Shown piece after piece: positions 1-16,293 of a DNA stretch of 64,000 nt (positions within the stretch are counted from its first letter, which is position 1; every line of letters begins with the position of its first letter). A program made the translations under genes and the position numbers. Below the pieces are notes generated by a model. That model did not search any database. It was not told the DNA's origin and saw only the letters and a program-made list of their open reading frames with translations. This DNA is from Chrysomallon squamiferum (Eukaryota > Animalia > Mollusca). Location of the stretch: positions 2,418,001 to 2,482,000 of the forward strand of contig CM022674.1 of the NCBI GenBank assembly GCA_012295275.1, in the 5' to 3' direction.

Positions 1-147
1 ATGAATATATGAATATATATGTGTATATATAAAATGTAACAGTTTTTGAAAACAAAATGATGGTGATGATGATGATGATGATAATGATGATCATGGTAGC
101 AGAAGTAGTAGTAGTAATAACAACAACAACAACAACAATAATTATAA

Positions 148-211
<64 letters not shown>

Positions 212-1019
212 TAATATTATTATTATTATTATACACAACAAAATCAAATAATCACTCGTCCTCCTCGTGAAAATGGTGCAGCTGAACGCGAGGAGGGGGG
301 GCGGATGCACGCAGGGAGGGAGGGAGGCAGACAGGGAAACAAACAAACAAACATGCGAAAATATTTATGTAATTTAGTCTTGGTTGTAGCATATTTTGAA
401 AATATCTACGCTAAGCTTGTTAACATACGTTATCGCGTCGGCATCTATGTTGTGGATTTCAGTGGCGAAAACGATTAGTGTCGGCACATTGAAATTGAAC
501 AAGCTAAGCGTGAAACCGGGCTTGTCTTATTCCACTCGGAGATTGAACGATATGGAAAACGAAAGACGAAACGAAATTCGAGCGAGCTCGGTTTTTTTTT
601 TTTTTTTTTTTTTTAACCGTCGCGTTTTCGAAGGCAAAGCAAAGCAAGGCAAGGCAAGGCAGTTCGACACTAATTGGGTTTCCTACCACGCTTTAATTAA
701 ATCAAATAGCAGTAATTGATGGCGTTTGATGGGCGTCTTTGTTCGCACGGTGCATTGGGATTACTTTAAAGCCGGGCTCCGCGGATGGCCTAAACGCCGG
801 ATGGATTATGCGAGGCAGTGCGGATTTTAGGGTCTACGTGTCAACGTCATAATCATCCGCGTGCTGCGCTCGCGGAATTAGAGGGGGGGATTTGGAGAGT
901 GAAATAAAATGTGTATAACGATTAAAATAATTTTAACAGACTTAAAACGATGCAGACATCGAGGTGTTTCTGGTGCAGAAATTTGAGAAAGTATTTCTGG
1001 ATGATTTCTAGTGTTTCCA

Positions 1020-1050
<31 letters not shown>

Positions 1051-1854
1051 TAAATAAATTAAATATATATATATTTTTATTTAAATCATCTTGGTTATTG
1101 ACGTTCTTACTTTCTTTGTTTCTTTCTTTACAGTTTTCTTTTTCTTCTTGTTCAACGTCGTCATTTTCTTTTCCTTTTTTCTTTTGTTCCTGTCTTCTTC
1201 TTCTTCTTCTTCTTTACTATAATATATTTATTTCTTACAATTCAAAATCGACTTTTTTCTCTTTCTTTTTTTTTTTTTTTTTTTTTTTTTTCTTTCTTTT
1301 CAAATTTTCTCATTTTGATATCCCTTCTGGTTTTGTTCTCGTTCTTTTTTTCTTCTTCTTTTCTTCCCTTTGATTCTTTATATTTCTTGAAGACTTATCT
1401 TGCACAGAGAAACAAAGGAACATGTAAGAGAGATACGATGAGAGGAACAGTCATACAGACAGACAGACAGATAGACAGACAGAAAGATAAAATAGAAAGT
1501 GAAACGAAACTGTTTTAAACAATAAAATGAAAAATTCCAGAACACACACACACGCACACACAAACACAGACACACACACGCACACACACGCAAGCACACA
1601 CACACGTGAGTTTTCCTTAAACCCTAGATATAAGAAAGAACACAACTCTAGTGAAATATGTTTCTAATTTAATGCATACAAATATAAATAATATGCATTC
1701 ATTCGATAGCAATATTAAAACACAGCTATTTAATTATGAATCTAATAATACGTATTTTAAGTGCAATATGACGAAAGAGGCTCTGGATAGGATAGTAAAT
1801 TAATGACGTCATCACGATTATTCTAATGACGCTATTTACATCATTATTATTATA

Positions 1855-1887
<33 letters not shown>

Positions 1888-2689
1888 TATTATTATTATC
1901 TTTATTATTACTGAAAGTGTATTTATTTGTAAAAGAACGTAAGATTTAAATATTATAATAGTTTTGTTGTTCTTTATTTTTTCCACTTTATAAAGCTTTA
2001 CTAGTTTTTGTACAATTTACTGTTACATCAGTCATTTTTCAAACTATTCCCTAGACATCCTTTAAAGAAAATATTTTGTGTCCGAAATTTCTCTCGAATT
2101 TTAGAATTCGAACAGGTTGAGAGTAGGATCTAAGGCTAAACATGAAATCCCTTTACATTTAAATATACAGCTTATCAAAAATATCTTTTTTTGTAATATG
2201 TTTACCCCTACTTCGACTGATCAAGATAGCATTTCGTAATTTGTTTACTTATGCAGAATAAAGAAACAAACAAAAATAAAATAATAAAACCATTAAATAA
2301 ATACAAATATTAAGAAATATATAAAGAAAATAAAATAAAATAGTTAAGTTTTGTTTGTATTTTTTTTTTTTTTTTTTTAATGTTTTTTTTAATTTTTTTT
2401 TTTTATGGCTTTATTAGTTATCTGCATTACAACATCCGCAAATATCTTATAAATAATTGAAAAAAGTAAATAAATAAATTTATCAGTTACGGTAAACCTT
2501 TTTCTAGTGTAATTTTATTATTATTATTATTATTATTATATTTTTTTTTTTTTTTTTTGGTTCGCTTGTTTTTTTGTTTGTTTCAAGCCGCTAACATACT
2601 GGAATAGTTAAACAAGAAAAAGATTAAGCATCATCAGTAAATAATAATACTGAAACTAATGAAGACAGACGCACACACACAAGAAAGAT

Positions 2690-2768
<79 letters not shown>

Positions 2769-3263
2769 GAATTGAGCGCCAGAGAAACTAGATGAGAAAT
2801 AAATTTTAAACAATAATCAGAAGAAAAAATCCAAAGAAATAAAATAATAAATAAATAAATAAATATAAAGAAAAAAATTCAAAATAATTAAATAAATGAA
2901 AGAAGAAACGAGCAAACAAACACACAAACAAGCACAACATTTTCAAGCATAACAACGGAACATAATATTATGTTTAGATATCGTTATACAAAGAATTATT
3001 TATTCTGAATTTTCATCAAGCGTTGACTTGTTAATACATGAAACATGATACCGAATTTTATCAGATAAGCGAAAATACTTAACGGTTATCTTGTTACCTA
3101 CATAATCAGAACACAGATTATCAGAATTTCTTCAGAGATATCACCAAGGCAATTTTCTGCTATATTACGTAATTGCGGCAATACTGATTACGTCATTTTT
3201 TTTTTTATTCTCAAGAGATTCCTGATAATGTCATCTGGTATCGGGTTTGGGAACTGAAATTAA

Positions 3264-3314
<51 letters not shown>

Positions 3315-3542
3315 TGTCATTATTATTGTTATTATTATTATCATCATTTTTATTATTTTCAACATCATAATTATTGTTGTTGTTGTTGCTGCTGCTGCTT
3401 TTAATTATTGTTATTATTACCAGTACTATTTTTATTATGATAGTAATAACAATAATAATGATAATCATGATGATGACAATAGTAACAATAACAACAGCAA
3501 TGATGATGATGATGACGATGATGGTAATAATAATAATAATAA

Positions 3543-3573
<31 letters not shown>

Positions 3574-3967
3574 AAAAAATAATAATAATAATAATAGGAA
3601 AAAGAACAGCAACGATAACAATAGCAATAGTAAAAAAAAAAAAAAAAAAAAAAATAAAATAAAATAAAATAAATAAAAAAAATAAATTTATAAGTCACAT
3701 AGTTTTACTCTTTCATTTTTCTGCAAACCCTGGTGTACGATACATGTGCCCTAGTGCTACGACACCCCCGCATTTCTCCCAGAAATAGAATCATGTTGAT
3801 GTCGAGATCTTCTTAAACAGTCGTGTTTGTTTTGCAGACGCGATATATCAAAACCGCTGGAATTCTTATCATACATGATTAATATGACACATCGCAGGCT
3901 GCCTTCATCTAAAACATAATCAACACCGCGCCTACAACGATAGAATAAAGGAATGAATAAATAAACA

Positions 3968-4530
3968 TTAATAATAATAGTAATAATAATAATAATAATA
4001 ATAGTGATGATGATAATAATAATAGTAATAATAGTAATAATAATAATAGTAATAGTAATAATAATAATAATAGTAATAATAATAGTAATAATAATAGTGA
4101 TGATGAAAATAATAATAGTAATAATAGTAATGATAATAGTAATAATAATAATAATAGTAATAATAATAGTAATAATATTAGTAATAGTAATAATAATAAT
4201 AATAACAATAATAGTAATAGTAATAATAATAGTAATAATAAAATTAAAATTAGTAATAATAATATTAATAGTAATAATAATAGTAGTAATAATAATAATA
4301 ATAATAACAATAATAATAATAGTAATAATAATAATAATAACAATAATAGTAATAATAATAATAACATTAATAATATTAATAATAATAATAAGAAGAATAA
4401 TAATAAGAATAATAGTAATAATAATAGTATTAATAATAATAATGATAATGATAATAATAGTAATAATAATAATAGTAAGAAAATAATAATAACAATAATA
4501 ATATTATAATAATAATAATAGAAATAATAA
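3968..4530. repeat. Long degenerate (TAA/TAG)n trinucleotide microsatellite
   Basis: Seen directly; it produces the poly-Ile and poly-Leu pseudo-ORFs. Confidence 0.95.
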
Positions 4531-5386
4531 AAAAGATGAACGACATCCTTGATTATGTGACCTATTATAAATTTTTATTTGACTTGTTTTTAAAGGTGAA
4601 TTCGAAAAGTATGGTCTTGTATATTATTATTATTATTAGTAGTAGTAGTAGTAGTAGTAGTAATAATAGTAATTGTTGTAGCTGTAGTAGTAGTAGTACT
4701 AGTAGTAGTAGTTGTTGTTGTTGCAGTTATCAGTATCGTCAACGTCATTATCATTTGAAATATATACATAACTGTTTTTTTGAATAATTTACCAGTAAAA
4801 TATCTTTTACTAAAAGATGTTTGAAAAAGGTAGAAATAAATAAATAGATAGATAGATAAATAAATAAATAGATAGATAAATAAATAAATAAATAAATAAA
4901 ACATTATTAATCTGACTGTATCCTAAATAACAGTTCCTTTCTTTTTTTTCACAGATCAGATGTTATTTTTTTCTGTATTTTTATTTTATTATTATTATTA
5001 TTATTTTTGTTCGTACAACCTGTATTAATATTTTCTTACAAATGAACCGTGGTTTTATAAACTTTTGCTTCCTTTACTGGTGAAGGGAAACTGTTGCTCT
5101 GGTGCCAAAAAACAGAGGAGGAAATATGAAACACAGAAAACACGTCAATTTTGACATGGCGGTAAGTCGTTAAGAGGACCTCTTAGGGCTAACTGAAATA
5201 ATACTTAAAAAAAAAAAAAAGGAAAAAAAAAAAAAGATAAAGTAAAATAAAATAAATAAATAAATAAATATAAATATAATTATTCAAAAACAGAACATGA
5301 AAGTTAAAAGAAACAGCAAAACGGAATTAAAGATAAAAGAAAAAGAAACAAGGAATGATAATTATTAATAAAAAAATAAAATATAA

Positions 5387-5421
<35 letters not shown>

Positions 5422-5445
5422 ACAACTAAATCAATAATAATAATA

Positions 5446-5489
<44 letters not shown>

Positions 5490-6176
5490 TATCAACGCTA
5501 AAAACCAAAACAGAAAATAATAACTTACAAAAATAAATAAAAAAACAAAAATATATAATCAAATAAACACACATTCACATACACCTACACCTACGCGTAC
5601 ATTCGAATGTCACCCCGTTAGGGCCTCTATAGTAAAAAAAATATTTCTCATCGTTGCCGCCACCTCAAATTTTATCAAGTTAACAAACGAGAGACCAAAA
5701 ACACTTTTGATTTCTAGCACAGGTCTTGTATATTTGTTATGATAAACTTCAATGTCCGCTCTCTCTCTTGTTCTGAACTAGCGATGAATCTCCAGTGAGA
5801 GAAATTGGATTTGTTTACTTTAATCTCTGATATTTTGTTTATTTTTCGCGAACGATCTTTTGCTTTAAACGCCTCTAAGCTGTTTGCATAGAAAATAACA
5901 CCCCGAAATCTTCGTTATCGGCAAATTACGTTCCGCCGTCAGTTCACAGAAGTCTTCTTTGATCCAGTGAATGAAAAATTACACTGTCATATACATGTCT
6001 TTCGATAAGTTAATTGCCATGACATTTTTTTTTTTTTTTTTTTTATTAATGAAATTTTTTATTTTTTATTTATTTATTTATTTTTTTTTATTTTTTTTTT
6101 TTTTGTGGATGCTTGATTCTCTGGTTTGCGGGTATCATTCAAAGGGAACGTCACCAAAGCTTTTTCAAAGTTTGTT

Positions 6177-6281
<105 letters not shown>

Positions 6282-6406
6282 AGTGTGTCTCTGTCTCATC
6301 TATTTATTATCCATCTTGTGTCTATCTGTCACTATAGTTTTTAAATAAATCACACAGAGAGAAAAAAATACTAGTATACATGCCTAAATCATGTATAAAC
6401 AAAGAG

Positions 6407-6521
<115 letters not shown>

Positions 6522-6822
6522 AATTAGCATCTGAAAGAAACCTTCTGCAGCTATTTATTGGGTTACTCTATGTTATGAAAATAGAGGGGGATATTTTTTG
6601 TTATTTATATTTTATTTTCAGATGTTCATGGTCTTTGATAACAAGACATACAGAATTGGCTGGAACTGAAAAAGTCCTATGCTGAATTGATCTAGCTGTA
6701 ACCATTGGAAAAAAATTGGAAGTTGATGAAATTAGGTAAAGTAGATGTGGAACTGTTTAGTGGTCATTTCAAACGAAAAATAACTGAATTAATTTACTTA
6801 ATAAAAAGAACGAATAAGTAAG

Positions 6823-6865
<43 letters not shown>

Positions 6866-7129
6866 AAACTAAGAAAATTTACATTTCGTAATGAAAGAAA
6901 GAAAAGAGAGGGGAGAAATATTATTTTGCAAGGTGAAAATCATAACTTAAAGAGACAAAGGATCGCAGTTATGAAGAAAGGGAAAAACATTGATAATAAA
7001 TTATAAAGAAATTAATTAACGTAAATGAACGGAATAAAAGACATGATATATATTCAATGTTATAACTTCATAACAATTATTTAATTAACAGAAATTTTAA
7101 AATAAATAAATAAATAAATAAATATATGA

Positions 7130-7161
<32 letters not shown>

Positions 7162-7482
7162 ACTAATATCATGAATATATAAAATATCTTTCTCCCTTTT
7201 CTTCTGTTAATATTTTTATAAACAGAAGAGTATAAAAAATATATTTTAGCGACAGAAAGAAACAATGAGACCAAGATGGAATAATATTATTGTTGCATAC
7301 AGATACTGGTAAGAACGTTGAACAGTCTTTCATGTTATGTTGATTTCTATAGATTAGTTAATTACAGTACAAATGTGTAATAAATGATACTGAAAGAAAG
7401 AAAGAAAAAAAAAGGAAGAAAAAAGAAGTAAGATGTAATTATATATTTATAAAACGTCTATGTTCCTCTGTGAAGACAGATG

Positions 7483-7545
<63 letters not shown>

Positions 7546-8519
7546 AACAAATGCATTAATAAATAAAGAAATGAATAAGAAATAAATCGACAACACTAAT
7601 ACATTTTATACTTTTTTTTTTTTTTTAAATCTTTCCTTTTGTTTGTTAATCTGATTCTTTCTAAACTTTCTAATGTTTGATTAACTAACAACAGCAGCAA
7701 CAACTACAGTAATAAAAATAAAACGATGATGGTGGATGATGATGATGATGGTAATGGTAATGATTAGAATATCAGTGATATTAATGATGCTTAATAAAAT
7801 TTAAAAAATGTTAAAAGCAAATTAACAGTATATTCATTCAGCTATTAAGTAGTCAATGTTAGCAGTTTCAATCAATATGAAAATGAAGGACAACTAATGT
7901 TTTATTTTAAATATTATGTCTATTAGTCTATTAGTTTTATTTATTTATTTATCTATTTTTCTCTCAGATTATTATATTATAATTATTCACGAATACTAGA
8001 TAACAGTGATGATCCATCATTCACCCATTGATCCATCCATCCATCCGTTTATCCATCATTATGCTATAACACTGCCGTAGTTGTTGTAATAATCGTTTTT
8101 TTTTTTTTTTTTTTTTTAAGCAATGGCGGTTTTCGACACTCACTCAAGTACACAATACAACTTCGCTGTACTTACAAAAATTACAATTTAACACTGGAAA
8201 ACGATACCCGGTTAATCGCCTGCGATAATGAGCCGAATTCCACTAATTCAGTTCCAGGCAAAACCAGAACGCGAATGGTCGTACTTGAATCGTATAGGTT
8301 TTCCTCTTTTCAAAGATAACGCCCAGCCACATGTCCCAGTATTGACATTCTTCGTTTTAATGTTACGCAATGTACATCCAACATGTTAAGGGGTACGGCA
8401 CGCTTCAGTTTTGGATTCTAGTGAAATACCTTTTCCTGACATTCCTGGGGCCACACGCGCATATATATATATGTAAGAACTAATTTTCTCTCGTATGCCA
8501 TTAAGCGATAAGGTGAAAG

Positions 8520-8730
8520 GTAGACGTCAGAGGCGTGGCCTAACGAAGTGAGAGGGGGGGGGAAAGAAAGAAAAAAGAATCATAACCGTCGGCCATTAGT
8601 CGTCTGATAGCTGCGACCAATCAGATTGCGAGTTGTGGTTTTTGATTGACAGGTGGGCAGACGTCTGTGAGTAAAATGAAAATTGAATATGCCAGACGAT
8701 AACTTGAGTTAAGTTGGAAAGTGACGTCTT
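8520..8730 (+). promoter_or_regulatory. Putative FoxL2 proximal promoter
   Basis: CpG-rich island 0.7-0.9 kb upstream of the ATG. It contains a CRE-like GACGTCA (8523), Sp/KLF-type GGCGTGGC (8532), CCAAT (8617), a PBX-PREP/MEIS decamer TGATTGACAG (8643-8652) and TGACGTC (8722). The TSS was not determined. Confidence 0.55.
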
Positions 8731-9119
8731 TAACATTACAGTGAATTCCTTATTCTATTTTTTTTTTTTTAACCTCTTGTTCTTCTTCTGTAAAGGAAAT
8801 ATTTTTGAGGAGCTAATTATCAAAAAAAAAAAAAAAAAAAAAAAACGTTAGAGTCGAAGAAGAAAAGAGATATTTCACAAAATTTGTCCGCTCTCGTTTT
8901 GAAAGTTTTAAAGAGCAGAAAAGTTGACAGAACTTTTGCAAGAAACCTCTCGGAAAGGGAACGAAACGAAATTAGTGTGTGTGTGTGAGAAAAGAGGAAT
9001 TCCTTGTCTCTCCGTCTCTCTCTGTGTGTTCTCTCTGTCTCTCTGGATTTTGTGATAGAAATAAAACTTCTGGTTTTCTGAGCAGGTGTCAAGTGCTGAT
9101 GAGTGACCGCTTCGTTATA

Positions 9120-9225
9120 TCGTCATCACGTGCAAAACAAACTGCGTGAGTCAATGTAATGTAAACATCCAATCAAAAAAGGATAAACTATCTGCATTTC
9201 GGTTGTGGGGTCAAACGAGGTCAAA
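9120..9225 (+). promoter_or_regulatory. Transcription-factor motif cluster in the FoxL2 5' region
   Basis: Within about 100 bp: E-box CACGTG (9127), AP-1 TGAGTCA (9147), forkhead site TGTAAACA (9160), CCAAT (9169) and a nuclear-receptor DR4, GGGTCA-aacg-AGGTCA (9208-9223). Confidence 0.4.
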
Positions 9226-9400
9226 TTCTACATATTTAAACGTAAGATTTAGTAACGTCTGTAATCCGTTAAAAAAAAAAAAAATTAAAAATTAAAAAAA
9301 ATAAAGAGAGACGTAATTGGAATGCTTATCTAAGGAACGTGTAATATAAGCAGGCATATTATTACAGAATATAATATAAATATATATATATATATATATA

Positions 9401-10329
<929 letters not shown>

Positions 10330-10330
10330 G

Positions 10331-10585
10331 GTGTTGCTATTATTGTTATTGTTATTACTGTTATTATTGTTATTATTAGCATTAATATTATTACTGTTAT
10401 TATTGTTATTATTGTTATTATTATTATTATTGTTATTAATATTACTGTTATTATTATTATTATTGTTATTATTAGCATTAATATTATTACTGTTATTATT
10501 GTTATTATTAGTATTAATATTATTACTGTTATTATTATTATTATTATAATTATTATTATTATTATTGTTACTAATATTACTGTTA

Positions 10586-10627
<42 letters not shown>

Positions 10628-10915
10628 TATTATTATAATTATTATTGTTATTATTATTATTATTAACCTGCTTTTATTATTATTAACATTATTATTATTA
10701 TTATTATTATTATTACTGTTAATATTACTATTATTATTTCTAATATTACTAATATTACTGCTATTATTATGATTATTATTATTATTATTATTACTACAGC
10801 TACTACTACTACTACTAGTACTACTATTACTGCCACTACTTCTAACAGTAGTAGTAATAATAAAAATAAAAATAGCAACACAACAACTACAACAACAACA
10901 ACAATAATAATAATG
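10331..10915. repeat. Compound (TTA/TTG/CTA/CAA)n microsatellite immediately after the FoxL2 stop codon
   Basis: Seen directly; an AATAAA follows at 10916. Confidence 0.93.
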
Positions 10916-11012
10916 AATAAATGTTAGTTTTATTCTAGATGATAATTACTATATCGTTATTAAAATAATTTCTGTTAATTTGTTTGAAGATATACGTTTA
11001 GTTGGTTTGTTT

Positions 11013-11044
<32 letters not shown>

Positions 11045-11060
11045 TTCATTTATTTATTTT

Positions 11061-11126
<66 letters not shown>

Positions 11127-11499
11127 CATATATGCCTACAGAGAGAAACACAGACGTTTTCAAAACATATAATTACATCTTAGTGTCAGTTTTTCTATAG
11201 CATTTATTACAAATTTATAACAATCAACATAATACGTAAGACTATTCAGCATTCTTACCAGTATCTGTGTACAAAAAATATATTGTTAATCTTACTCTCA
11301 GTGTTTCTTTCAGTCACTAAAATATATTTTATTTACTCTTTTGTTTATAAGAATATTAACAGAAAAAAAGGGAAAAGATATTTTATTTATTCATGATATT
11401 AAGTAAAAATAAAGATAGCTAAATAGCCAATTTTTTTTTTATTAATTTCGTTTTACCGAAATTTAGAAGAAAAGTAATTTAATAATAATGATAATAATG

Positions 11500-11584
<85 letters not shown>

Positions 11585-12202
11585 TAACAATAATAAATAA
11601 ATAAATAAATATATAAAATATTATTAAAATAATTTACTGTAAACATTACTGAAATTAAAAGGTTATCATTTTAAGTTAATATTAGAAAAATCTTGTTCAT
11701 CGTTTAACTCAAACTCTAAAGTCAGACAGAATCAGTAATAATTTTACCTATAATTTATTGCAAAACAATAATAATACATTAATAAATTTATAAAACGTTA
11801 TTTGTATAGTAATCTTGAAAAAGGTAACTAATATTATTTAAATAATTATGTAAAAATAAAACGGTAAAAAATATTTTACAGCTGAAGAGTCTATTACCTC
11901 TTATTTTAAATTTAAAGAAATATATATATACTACTAATACTAATAATAACAGTAATAATGATAATAATAATAATAGTAATAATAACAAATATACAAAAAT
12001 AGCTAAAAGTGAATAAATAAGGTCCTAAAATATAACTGTCTTCATGTTAGTCATTATCATGATTGCTTGCACTTTTATAATCCCAATTTCCATTCCTTTT
12101 TCTTATTGCTATTATTATTAATATAAGTAACAGCTGTAATAGCTCTACTAAAAGAAAGAACAGTAGTAAGTCATAATAATAATAATAATAATAATAATGA
12201 TA

Positions 12203-12301
<99 letters not shown>

Positions 12302-12307
12302 GTATTA

Positions 12308-12384
<77 letters not shown>

Positions 12385-14032
12385 AAGAAAATATTAAAAC
12401 AAAATAAGATAAAATGAAATAAAATAAAGGACAAATAAACGGGACCTTCAATTCGTGAAGGTTTACCTAAATAATAAAACAGCATCTTTATTTCTAGAAA
12501 TATTTTCTTTTCGAAAATTTTAATTTATGTGCAAGCTAAAATCGTTTAATTAAAAGACATTCAGTTTTCTTTTTGATTAAGTACTTGAAACCTTTTTAAG
12601 GTATTCGATGTGTTAGTAAGCATCATGAAACAAAACATCTTTAAAATAACGGGGGGGGGGAGGGGGGAATATTCTAAAAACTAAATTAAAGAATAAAAAG
12701 TAAAGAAAGAAACTTATGAAAAAAGAGTCAAACTGTAAGATATTAAAAAATTATATAATTTTATTAACAACAAACAAACAAACAAATAAATAAATAAATA
12801 AATAAACAAATAAACAAACAAACAAATAAACAAACAAATAAATAAATAAATAAATAAAATCTCTTTTAAAGAGTTTCTCGATCAACAATTATAACGTCGA
12901 CTAACTTAGGAAGACTCATGTACATACAAACTGTAATTGTTAGTACAGACACATGTACGTACATACACGTATAAAGTAAAGTCACATTTACGCGCACACA
13001 CTTTATAGACGCATGAGCACATACACGTGTATTTCACGTCAGATAAAAATCTCTTCAGACGAAAGTAACAGGATGAGATTTCACTGAATCAAAGTATTTT
13101 TTATCAGATACAGCAAAGGCTTCTGTTTGCTTTAACTCTTTTCTTTGATATTATATAGTGTATCTTGTCTGATACGTAGGTACGTAGATAGGTAGATAGC
13201 TCGTAGGTGGATAGATAGGTAGACAGATGGATGGGCTGATATATGAATGGATGGATGGCTAGATTAGAGAGATAGATAGACAGACAAAGAGAGAGAGAGA
13301 GCATCATTTATTTCTTATATATATACACACACGTAGTCCATATTTTATAATGGCTATCTATATGTGCGAATTTAGGCATGTATGGTGTTATGTATGTATC
13401 TTGAATGAAATTATCGAACGGTTTCTTTTTAAATAATGCCAGAAAAAAGAAAAAAAAACCATGTTTTAACTATCGACAACGAGTGAGTGAGTTTATCATT
13501 TCAGAAGTGATTTCTTTTCTCTTACCGTTATATATCTGATATAAAACATAAGAAAAATATACTGCAATAAGTGATATATAAAAAAGCAATAACAAATATA
13601 AAGTTTACTAATAATGAATGCTGCGGTTATTAATGTGTGAAAGCTATGTATCGTTTTTTCGCGGTTAAAGATCCAATGGTTGCCGTTTTGCTTGCCGATG
13701 GGTTTTTTTTTTTTTTGTAATGTTTTTTTTTTTTATCTTTATTATTCTCTGTTCAGTAAATTATGTTTATAACTAATTGTATCCACTAGAATAGAGGGGC
13801 ATCCACTTCTGAAATCGACAATTAGAACTTGTGTATTTTAGCACGTTTGAGAAAAAATCATATTTTTATCGTAAATATTTTCGAATATGTTTTTGTTTTC
13901 TAAATATGTGTGTGTTTTTGTTTTTGCTGGCTGTCTGTCTGTTTATCTATCCATCTGCTGTTTCTCTGTATATCTATCATTTCATAAAACTGAATAGAAT
14001 AAAACTTGAAAAATTAATTTCTTATTTCCTCT

Positions 14033-14120
<88 letters not shown>

Positions 14121-14538
14121 CACATTGCGCGGGTTTCGTTTTACAACGTATACGATTACACAAAAGTTAGTTTTTTTTTTTTTAAAAAGAGAAAATATTA
14201 TTCAAGCTAAGAAGACGACGCGACATTATTTTCTTAGAAAACAGTAAACTTATCAATGGGCCACCTATGAGCTAATTTTTTCCTCTCTCGTACACTCTCT
14301 CAATCTTTATCCTATCTTTAAGGGGGACCCTGCGAGGAATGAACTATTTATACAGCTTATTGAAACGGTAATTAGCAGGACCCAATCATGTTCCGAAGAC
14401 CACACCAGTCGAAAAACTATTTTTTTGTAAAGGGTCGGATCGTGAAAAAAAAAAATTCTTTAATTTTTATGATTTTTAATTTATATGTTTCTATGTTTAT
14501 TTATTTATTTATTAATTTATTTATTAATTTATTTATTT

Positions 14539-14621
<83 letters not shown>

Positions 14622-15128
14622 GTTGTTGTTTTTATTATTACTATTATTATTATTATTATTATTATATAAATTATCATGAAAACAGATAATAATAATAATA
14701 GAAAATACACTATAACCGAATATGCACATAAATCTTCAGATAAATAAAAAAACAAAAGTTCAGTAAACCACACGAACACTTTGTTTTGTAAATACACTTC
14801 AAATAAATTACAAATGTTGCCAAATATACTAATTTGTTTTAAAAACAATGAGTTATTCGGCAGATATATATTTCTGTTTATTTCATAGACATTTCCAGAT
14901 GCTGATTCGGCGAAATGGGCGAAATTGTAGTAAATTATAATTCAGAGTGAATTATATATATTCAAATGAGCTAATCATTGAAAGGTTTTTATAAGAAAAA
15001 AGAAAGAAAAAAAAAGAGTAAATTAATAAATTACACAGAATTATTCACCGAGAGAGTAAAACTGAATTGTTATTTATTTGGTTTTGTTATTATTATTGTT
15101 ATTGTTATTATTATTTTTGTTGTTGTTG

Positions 15129-15166
<38 letters not shown>

Positions 15167-15326
15167 TTTTTTTTTATTATTTAATATTATTATTATTATT
15201 ATTATTTTTTTTTACAAATACAAAAAGATATTTTATTTATTTATTTATTTATTTGTTTGTTTGTTTGTAATTTTCTTGAATCTTTTTCCTGATCATTGCT
15301 TAAAACATCCATGTTTCTTTTCTACG

Positions 15327-15383
<57 letters not shown>

Positions 15384-15626
15384 GTCTGTCTCTCTCTGTC
15401 TGTCTCTTTTTCTCTTTTCCATGTGTTCTTCTTTTTTTTGTCTTTTCCATGTGTTCTTCTTTAACTTCTGTGTTATTATTTATTGTCCACTTTTAGCACT
15501 TTTCTTATTTAACTATTCCACGGTGTAGTCATCATTAAACAAAAAAAAAAAAAAATAAATAAATAAATAAATAAATTAATAAATAAAATTTAAAAAAATT
15601 AAAAAAGAAAATAAAAAAAAAAAAAA

Positions 15627-15665
<39 letters not shown>

Positions 15666-15910
15666 GATAATAATAATAATATAAATAAATAAATACACAC
15701 ACCGAAACTGAGAAATGTGTTCATTTTTCATTATTTGCGAATGATATAATGCAGATACTTGTAAAAACATAAAAACACGTAACGAACTTAACTAATGCTT
15801 ATTTTTCTTTTCTTTATTCATTTTTTAACTGATAAAGAATCAAACTGTTGTTGAAATAAATTAATAGCTTAAGCGTACTTATAATAAAATTATAGTAATA
15901 CGAGCGAACT

Positions 15911-15964
<54 letters not shown>

Positions 15965-16090
15965 GAAATAATAATAGAAATAATAATAACAGAAAGAAGA
16001 AAGAAGAAGAAAATAAAAACGATGAAAACAACAAGAACAAAAGAGCAAACACTTTTTTTTGAGTATAATAAATAATGTTTTGGCGAATTC

Positions 16091-16175
<85 letters not shown>

Positions 16176-16254
16176 TTCTTCAGAGGTCGGTGATGTTTAT
16201 ATATTTCAAGTGCATTCGCTTTTCGTTTTATTTTTCTTTCAATAAAAAAAAAAG

Positions 16255-16293
<39 letters not shown>

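Noticed and set aside
6622-6735. Exon-like segment with AG/GT boundaries upstream of FoxL2
   Set aside because: All three frames contain stops; it could be a non-coding exon or repeat relic but is unsupported.
9095-9140. CTGATGA followed by a short stem (hammerhead-like)
   Set aside because: The required GAAA after stem II and the other stems are absent.
14318-14450. TTAAGGGGGACC, resembling the end of a TTAA-targeting DNA transposon (similar site near 8386)
   Set aside because: No matching opposite terminus or transposase remnant was found.
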